The translations under genes and the position numbers were made by a program. A DNA stretch of 64,000 bases from Mantamonas sphyraenae STR306 (lineage: Eukaryota; Protista; CRuMs), in assembly GCA_026936335.1 (NCBI GenBank), contig JAPMXV010000002.1, positions 375,803 to 439,802 of the forward strand, written 5' to 3'. The notes below the pieces were generated by a model. It saw nothing but the letters and a program-made list of their open reading frames with translations, was not told where the DNA came from and made no database searches. Shown here one piece after another: positions 56,877 through 64,000 of the stretch. Positions within the stretch are counted from its first letter, which is position 1. Each line of letters starts with the position of its first letter.

Positions 56877-59800
56877 ATGACAAGTACAGAGGGGGGGTAT
56901 GATGATGCAACCAGGGCGTTGTGTCGGCGGTTACTGGCATGTGAGGGTGAAGAGGAGCAGAGGAAAGCGTTGAAAGCGTGTGGGTTCCACGAGGACTTGA
57001 TTGATCATCTGTTGAAAGAGAATGCGTACGGCGTGGTACTAGTGGAGCTGTATCAGGAGGAGGAGGAGTGGTTGGAACTGCTGGTTAAGGCTGGGATCAA
57101 GCGGGGAGGGGCGAGAGGGGAGCGGCAGATCAAGCTTTGGAGGACGTTTATTCTGGGCTGCGAGGCCACAGCAGGCTCGGCGGGGGCGGAGGATGGAGAA
57201 AGTGGAGATAGGGAGGATATTGGTAGGGGAGAGGGAAAGGGAGGAGGAGGGGGTTGGGAAGGTGTGCGGGAGGCGCTGACACCTGCCGCGTGCTTGAGCA
57301 GAAAGGGCGTCCAGCTCGTCATCGGCAGGGAGTGCCATGGGCATCATGGACTGGTCGCGTGTGGAGCAGATGAGTGTGGCGCCTGGAGGGGATGTGTCGT
57401 CGGCAGGTTCGTCGAGTGGAGGAGGGGCGAAAGGGAAAGCGGTGGGAATGGGTGAAGGGCAGTTTGTGCCACACAAGAGGCACACACGGGAGAGGTGTGG
57501 ATGGGAGGAGGGCGGGATGAGCGACGTGCGTGTGCTGATGCTGGGTTCGGACGGACAAGCACGAGGAAAGGTCAAGATAAGCTGTGCAGAGGAGCAGACG
57601 GCGGTGAAGGAAGGGAAACGAGTGGGCGGCTTGAAGCCGTTTGCCGTTCCGGCGGCTGAACAGGTGGACTTTGTGGCGGAGATTCGTTCATGGAAAGCAC
57701 CGATGGTACACATCATGACACACATGGGGAGGGCAGTGGTGGAGGGAGAGGATGCCTCTGTGACGGGAGATACACTTGTGGACTCGCTGCGGGAAGCAAG
57801 TCCCGTGGCAGTGTTTTTGAACGGATGCAGCAGTGGAGACATGGCCATTGAGATCAATGACCATGTGCCACTGGTGATTGGGTACACCGAGGCAGTGGAC
57901 GATCATGCGGCTTTGGACATGGCCAAGGCGTGGTATGAGAACATTGGCCGTGGAAAGACAGTGCAAAAGGCGTTCCGGGCTATGGTGGACGCAGGAGGGG
58001 AGATAGAAGGGGCCAAGGCCCTGTTGTGTCATTGGCAGGGCATGGAAAAGGCGGTGTTGGTCAACACGAGTGGAAAGAAGGCACAGGATGGGTTCTCCAG
58101 GAGACGTGTGGACAATCTGAGCAAAGCACGAGAGCTTGTGCGACGAGAGGAGGTGCTGAGGGAGCTGGAGGAGGCAGAAGGAGTGGTGGTGGTGTGTGGT
58201 GCGCGGGGCATGGGCAAGACAAGCGTGGTGGAGATGCATGCGCAGGATGTGCATGAGAAAGGGCTGATGGATGTGGTGTGGCGGTGTGCGGGACAGAGCA
58301 GAGAGGCTTTGGTGAGTGATTTGCTGCAGCTGGGTGTGGCATTGGGCGTGTGGAGTGTGGAACAGGTGCAGGCGGCTGATAAGGAGGAGGTGCGAGAGGG
58401 AATGGCAAAGAGGGTGATGCATGCGTTGGATGGACAGCGGTGGATGTTGGTGATGGACGGGGTGGAGGCATGGGGGGATGTCAAGGCGTTTGTGCACGGA
58501 GGAGGTCGTGTGGTGATGACGACATGGCGGGATGGGATTTGGGACAAGCGGGTGGTGGACGCTGTGGTGAGGGTGGATGTGATGCGAGATGACGAGGTGG
58601 ATGCCGTGTTTGCGAGTGAGGGTGTGGTGGTGGATGGGGAGGAGGAGGAGGAGGCGTATGGGGAGCTGAAGGGGCTGCTGGATGGGATGGCATTGGCTGT
58701 GCGACAGGCAGCGGCAGTGATTGGACACCCTAATTGGGGAAAGGTCGAACCGGTGCAGCAGTATCTGCGGAGACTGAGATGCAATTTGAGGCTACTGAGT
58801 AAGAGAGTGGAGAGCGATACGTACAGCGAAACGACGCTGAGCGTGTGGCAGATTGCGATGGAAGAGGCATCGGGGAGGAACGAGCATGCAGCAAGGTTGA
58901 TGCTGTGCATGGCGCTGTTGGATGGCCAAGATTTACCAAAGAGGGTGCTGGTGACGCTGATGGAGCAGATTGCGGGTGTGGGGGACAGGGAAGAGGCAGA
59001 GGAAATGGCAGAGGAGGCATTGGAGGCACTGCAGAGAGTGTCGCTGGTGCAGGGGATGGTGGGAGAGGAAAGAAGTGGGTGGAAGGTGCATGGGCTGACG
59101 CAAATGATGGCAAGGGGAGGATCGGTTGTGAAGGTGGACGGAGAGGGAGGTGAAGAAAGGGTGGTGGGTGTGAAGCATGTGTTGAAGATGATGTTGAAGG
59201 AGTTTCACTTCGGCCCAGTTGAACATCTGAAAGAGCTGGGATGGCACAGGAGGATGCTGGTGCATGGTGAGTCGGTGTGGAGAGTATGCCATGAGGTATG
59301 TGTCCAAAACGGGGATGTGCTGGAGGTGTGTTGGGTTGGACAGAACGTGGCAGCGCTGCATGACTGGATGGGGTCGTATGGAACCGCAGAAGGATGGATA
59401 GAGGAGGTGATGAGAGTGCAGAAGGAAGCTGGAGAAGAAAAGGAAGAGAGGGAAGGATGGGCAAGAAGTCTGTTCCTGGCTGCAGGGATTGCCCGTGCGA
59501 CGGGAGAGTACGATCGGGCACTGGAGCTGCATGAGAAAGCACTGGCGATCAGGCGACGGGTGCATGGTGGGGATGAGCAACTGAGTGTGGCCACGAGCAT
59601 CCACAACATGGCTTTGGTGTACAAAGCCAAGGGAGAGTACGATCGGGCACTGGAGCTGTATGAGAAGGCACTGGAGATAGAGCGACGGGAACATGGTGGG
59701 GATGAGCACCCGGATGTGGCATCGAGCATCCACAACATGGCTGTGGTGTACGATGCCAAGGGAGAGTACGATCGGGCACTGGAGCTGCATGAAAAAGCAC

Positions 59801-60933
59801 TGGGAATCAGGCGACGGGTACATGGTGGGGATGACCACCTGGATGTGGCCACGAGCATTCACAACATGGCTGAAGTGTACAATGCGAAGGGAGAGTACGA
59901 TCGGGCACTGGAGCTGTATGAGAAGGCACTGGGGATAAGGCGACGGGTGCATGGTAGGGATGAGCACCCGGATGTAGCCACGAGCATCAACAGCATGGCT
60001 GTGGTGTACAATGCCAAGGGAGAGTACGATCGGGCACTGGAGCTGTATGACCAGGCACTGGGGATCTATCGACAGGTGTATCGTCGGGATGAGCACCCAA
60101 ATGTGGCTACGAGCATCCACAACATGGCCATGGTGTACGAAGCCAAGGGAGAGTACGATCGGGCCCTGGAGCTGCAGGAGCAGGCACTGGAGATCTATCG
60201 ACAGGTGTATCGTCGGGATGAGCACCCAAATGTGGCTACGAGCATCTACAACATGGCTGGGGTGTACGATGCCATGGAAGAGTACGACACTGCGCTGCAA
60301 TTGTGGATTGTGGTGGAAGATATTCAAGTTTCTTCTCTACCCAGCAATCATCCACATCTCGCAACCACAAGAGCGGCTATCTCCTCCATCAACAAGCGAA
60401 GCATCGCAACCCTGAATGCCGCTAAAAGGAAACTTCAAACCGTCCGCTCAAAGAAGAGCATTCGCTTCACACAAGGCAAGCATGCTTTGTCTTTGGCCCA
60501 GCTGAGTGCAGGAGACCACAAGTCTGCCCTCACCACTCATCGCCGTGTTGTTGCGGACATGCAACGGCGTCAATCCTCCTCTTCGTCCACGTTCTCCTTG
60601 CCCAACATGATCACCGAGTTCACGCAACGACTGGTAGCCACGCATGCGTTCACGCTGCTCACCTCCGACCTCTACTCTCTGTGGCTGGAGTACGTGAGCA
60701 TTGAGCAACTCCTTTCGTGGACCCCGTCCATCCTTACGTCCTCGCTTGACACCCTCCTTCAACACCTCCCAGACACCATTCCGATTGTGGATGCAGCTGA
60801 AGCTCTTATTGAAACGCGTGCTCATCTGTATGCTCGTGCCCAGTACCAACACCTCAGGCGCACCCTGGCAGCAATGGCGATGCGAGCGGGTGACATCGAA
60901 AGAGGTGTTCAGTTGGCTTCTCAACCGCAGTGA
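56877..60933 (+). CDS. NLR-like STAND protein: SAM-like + CHAT protease + NB-ARC + ~7 TPR (SAM part joined via probable frameshift ~57330; otherwise start 57337)
   Basis: CHAT: VHIMTHM, VFLNGCSS, VIGY...VDDHAA...WY...G; Walker A GARGMGKT; Walker B LVMDGV; VVMTTWR; GMALAVRQAA; VHGLTQ; 43-aa TPRs HPDVATSIHNMAVVY. Confidence 0.85.
59490..60290 (+). repeat. 129-bp tandem TPR-coding repeats
   Basis: GGGAGAGTACGATCGGGC recurs every 129 bp. Confidence 0.9.
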
Positions 60934-61115
60934 ATGGAATGATGGCGGTATGCATTCCATACATATCCTCTCAAAAATGACCAAAGCTGAAATGGGATTC
61001 AACTGTCACTTGGTCTTGGAGGTGGCGTTGATGAAAGGGGAAGCGTTGTTTGAATGTGGTGAAGTATGTGGAGGAGGGAGGGCGATTAAGAAGAGTGTGG
61101 GAATGAAAGGGTGGT

Positions 61116-63554
61116 TCATTCAAGGCGTTGGCGTTTGGAGGAGGAGGAGGAGGAGGAAGGGGCTTTGCGCTTGGGGAGGGTGAAGGAGGGGATGGGGTAG
61201 GCGTTGACGAGTGCGGGAGTGGTGGGGCGGGTGGTGATGTGAGGTGTGATGCGGTCGATGAGGGTGTGGAGGAGGGTGTACAGAGTGGCGTCGCTGGGTT
61301 TGGGGTTGTCGAGCCAGGCGATCTTGAGGGAGAGGAAGGTGATGCCGCGGGTGACGGTGTGGCTGATGGCACCTTTTACATGCTTGTAGGTGAGTTGAGG
61401 CCTGAGGAGGCGGACAAAGAAGGCCAGGTCGACAGGCGGCACGCCAACGTTGCCCAGCGCCAGGATGATGTGTCGCATAAGGGAGTGCAGGTCGCCGTTG
61501 TTGATCAGCTCACGCAGTGCATGGTGCTCGTGTGTGTGCTGATGGCGAGGGTGCTTGGCTGCGCGTGCCTTCATGTGTGCCAGCAGCGTCTGGAACTCCC
61601 GCGCCGTGCAGCTGCCACGCTCGTCGCTGGGAGTTCCCTTGCACCAGCCACTGCGCACACACTCAGGATGCCAATCGTCCATCTCGGTGGTGGAGAGGTG
61701 GTGGTCGTAGTCGCATTGTGTCCAGTGTGGGTCGCTGTCGTTGTCAGCAGGGCGTCGTGCTTTCTGCAGCCACAACTGGGTCTCCCTGTGCTCCTTCCAG
61801 GTGGTGGGATGGGGCCTGTCACCGAGGTTGTCCATCTCTGTCATGAGCAGGTGGAGGAGGGCGTAGTTGGGGTCGCCGTGGTCGTGTGGCTCCTCCAGCC
61901 AGCACACCTTCAACCCAGCCTTTGTCACACCCATGGCCAGACCTGCGTCGTGGATGGCTTTCCTGCACACATTCTGATCCATGTCACGGCCGAGAAGGGT
62001 GAGGCAGAGGGCCACGTCGCCCTGGGAGAGGGGAATGTTGCCCAGAGCGAGCTGAATCTGTCGGACCAGCGTGGTCAGAGTGCCATGGCAGACCACAACA
62101 CGCGCCTGCAGGGTCATGAGGTCGGTGATGTTGTCGATAGGATGCTCGTTGGCCAAGTTGTGCATGTGGTTCAGCAGAGCCGTGTGCTCCTTCTTGCTGT
62201 GGCTGCGCTCGACACTGCGCCAGTCCCGCGACCACCCTTTGCGCACAACGCCACCTGGCAACTTGTTCGTCTGGTCCACGCCTGCGTTCTTCCGTGCGCT
62301 GGTGTCTCCGTTCTTGGCCCTCCTTGCCAATGTGCTCGACGTTCCTGTCTCTGTGCCACTGCCAGCCGTGACCCTGAGCCTGCGCTGTCCGCTGCCTTTC
62401 TTCTGTTGGGGAGCGGTAAGACGACTGTTTTGGCCTCTGCGTCGTCGTCTGTGCCCTCTACTTGTGCGTCTCGGCTGCCATTCGTCCGTCTCCTCCTGCT
62501 CCAAGTCGTCTGCGTCGCCGTCGCTGTCGTCTTGCGGCATGTACTCTTCATCCATGGCGTCACCAGTGTCTGCAAAGCTGAATGTGCCCAGAATTTCCAA
62601 CTCGTCGTCCACGTGATGCTGGGATGCGTCGTTTGCCTCGCCGTCTTCTTCGTACGCCTCCATCCATGAGTTGGTCATCCACTCTGAGTTGCTGGACATT
62701 GACCCTGGTTCACGGTGGCCGAAGTTCAGGAACATCAGGTCCTCCACGTCGCCGGTGTCATGTGTGTATGTGTCTTGGTCTGCGTCGTCGTCATCGCTGT
62801 CTCCGGTCTGCCGTGTGGCCTGTTGGGAGGAGGACGACGATGTGGTGGTGGATGTGGTCCGTGTGATTCCGACAAAGGCGGGGCTGATGCGTTTGGGGAC
62901 GCGGTTGTTGTTTGTGTTGGGTTGAGCAGGCGGAGGGTGCGACGGAGGCTGAGCGAAGTGCATCTGGGCGGTTTGTCGAGGCTGAGGAGGCGGCGGAGGA
63001 GGGTAGGCGTAGTATGGGTGGCTGTGATGAGCATATGCGTGGTGCTGCTGGGGGTGGGTGTTGACAGAGACCCAGATGATGGGTGGTTGTGGGTGCTGGT
63101 ACGGGTGTTGTACGCTAGAGACGGGCAGCATGTTCGGAAACGGCTGGGCAGCCATGGGAGGGACCATGTACGCGTAGCTGTGGGAAGACGGGGAGGGCGG
63201 GGTTGGAACGGTGAGCGGAAGGCGCAATGGACGCCGTCAGGGCAGAAGCAGGGTGAAGGAAGGCTGGAACGAGCAAAGAGGGGAAAACGGAGGAGATTTG
63301 CAGACCGGAAAACTGGCAACGGGGAGGGCAGTGACAAGGGGAGAGGGGATCGGAGAAGAGCGGAGACGACAGCGGCGGTGGTGATGGGGAAGTGGAGATG
63401 CAGCGGAGGAGTACAGGGAAGCGACGGAGGCATGGAGGAGGCAAGGAAGCGGGAGAAGCGGGCAGTCAGAAAACGGAGTGGAAGGCAGAACGCACGATGG
63501 GTAGGTGTTGGGTGTGTATTGATGCTTCTGAGTGCTTGAGTAGTCCTTGTCCAT
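61116..63554 (-). CDS. Hypothetical protein with low-complexity N-terminus and two copies of an unknown helical domain; putative intron 63178-63414
   Basis: Long ORF; phase-compatible weak GT donor and strong CTGAC...CACAG acceptor; alternative start 63167. Confidence 0.6.
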
Positions 63555-63827
63555 GATGGTGGTGGTGGAACTGGAGTGTATGTGGATTGTGTTGGACTGG
63601 TGGAGGTTGTTGTGGGTGTTGGTGATAGTATTGTTGAAGGCGGATGGGCAGTGCTGACTGGGCGGCGTTGCAGGACGACGGCCACTCACCAGCGACATTT
63701 CCACTCCCACCCATTGCCCACTGCCCCATGTCACCACCCAACTCAGCCACCCTGCCAGCATTCACAAGCACAACTCACACGATATAGACCGGACTCGTCA
63801 CATCAAAAATACGGGATCAAGATAGGA

Positions 63828-63953
63828 TTAGGGTTAGGGTTAGGGTTAGGGTTAGGGTTAGGGTTAGGGTTAGGGTTAGGGTTAGGGTTAGGGTTAGGGT
63901 TAGGGTTAGGGTTAGGGTTAGGGTTAGGGTTAGGGTTAGGGTTAGGGTTAGGG

Positions 63954-63992
<39 letters not shown>

Positions 63993-64000
63993 TAGGGTTA
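63828..64000 (+). repeat. Telomere (TTAGGG)n
   Basis: Perfect array to the window end, with TTTAGGG/TTAGGGG variants in the last ~30 nt. Confidence 0.98.

Noticed and set aside
2430-57340. Recurrent single-base frameshifts as programmed frameshifting, RNA editing or pseudogenisation
   Set aside because: They hit conserved genes such as FPGS, several fall in homopolymers, and they share no slippery motif. Sequencing error is simpler; read pile-ups and cDNA would decide.
63576-63995. ORF with (LG)n repeat
   Set aside because: Translation of the telomere repeat.
63968-64000. TTTAGGG variant telomere units as a mixed telomere
   Set aside because: Only in the last few units at the contig end, where base-call errors are likely.

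Overview
Right-hand end of a compact, GC-rich eukaryotic chromosome: short GT-AG introns, and (TTAGGG)n telomere from 63828. The organism is probably a protist, given a plant-type TOP6A/SPO11-3 and a gustatory-receptor-like 7TM gene; I cannot assign a taxon. About 1-9.5 kb and 26-30 kb hold housekeeping genes: a REC/pseudo-PDE, DPB4, TOP6A, a RING-H2 protein, CCR4, MnmE and FPGS. Most of the rest looks like a subtelomeric immune-like gene island with three parts. (i) Three tandem LRR-ankyrin-coiled-coil-kinase genes with 12, 20 and 5 hypervariable 84-bp LRR units. (ii) Six LRR-ankyrin genes and one ankyrin gene that all end in a C-terminal F-box/PRANC-like tail; five of the LRR genes share the first exon, intron position and sensor module of the kinase genes. 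(iii) A tight cluster of a HEPN-like gene, a caspase-like protease, a Cys-rich protein, a small IBR-like zinc finger and a SAM-CHAT-NB-ARC-TPR NLR-like gene. A tRNA-Ala(CGC) sits inside a ~360-bp inverted repeat. Several genes carry single-base frameshifts that are probably assembly errors. All domain calls are motif recognition by eye; no database searches were run.
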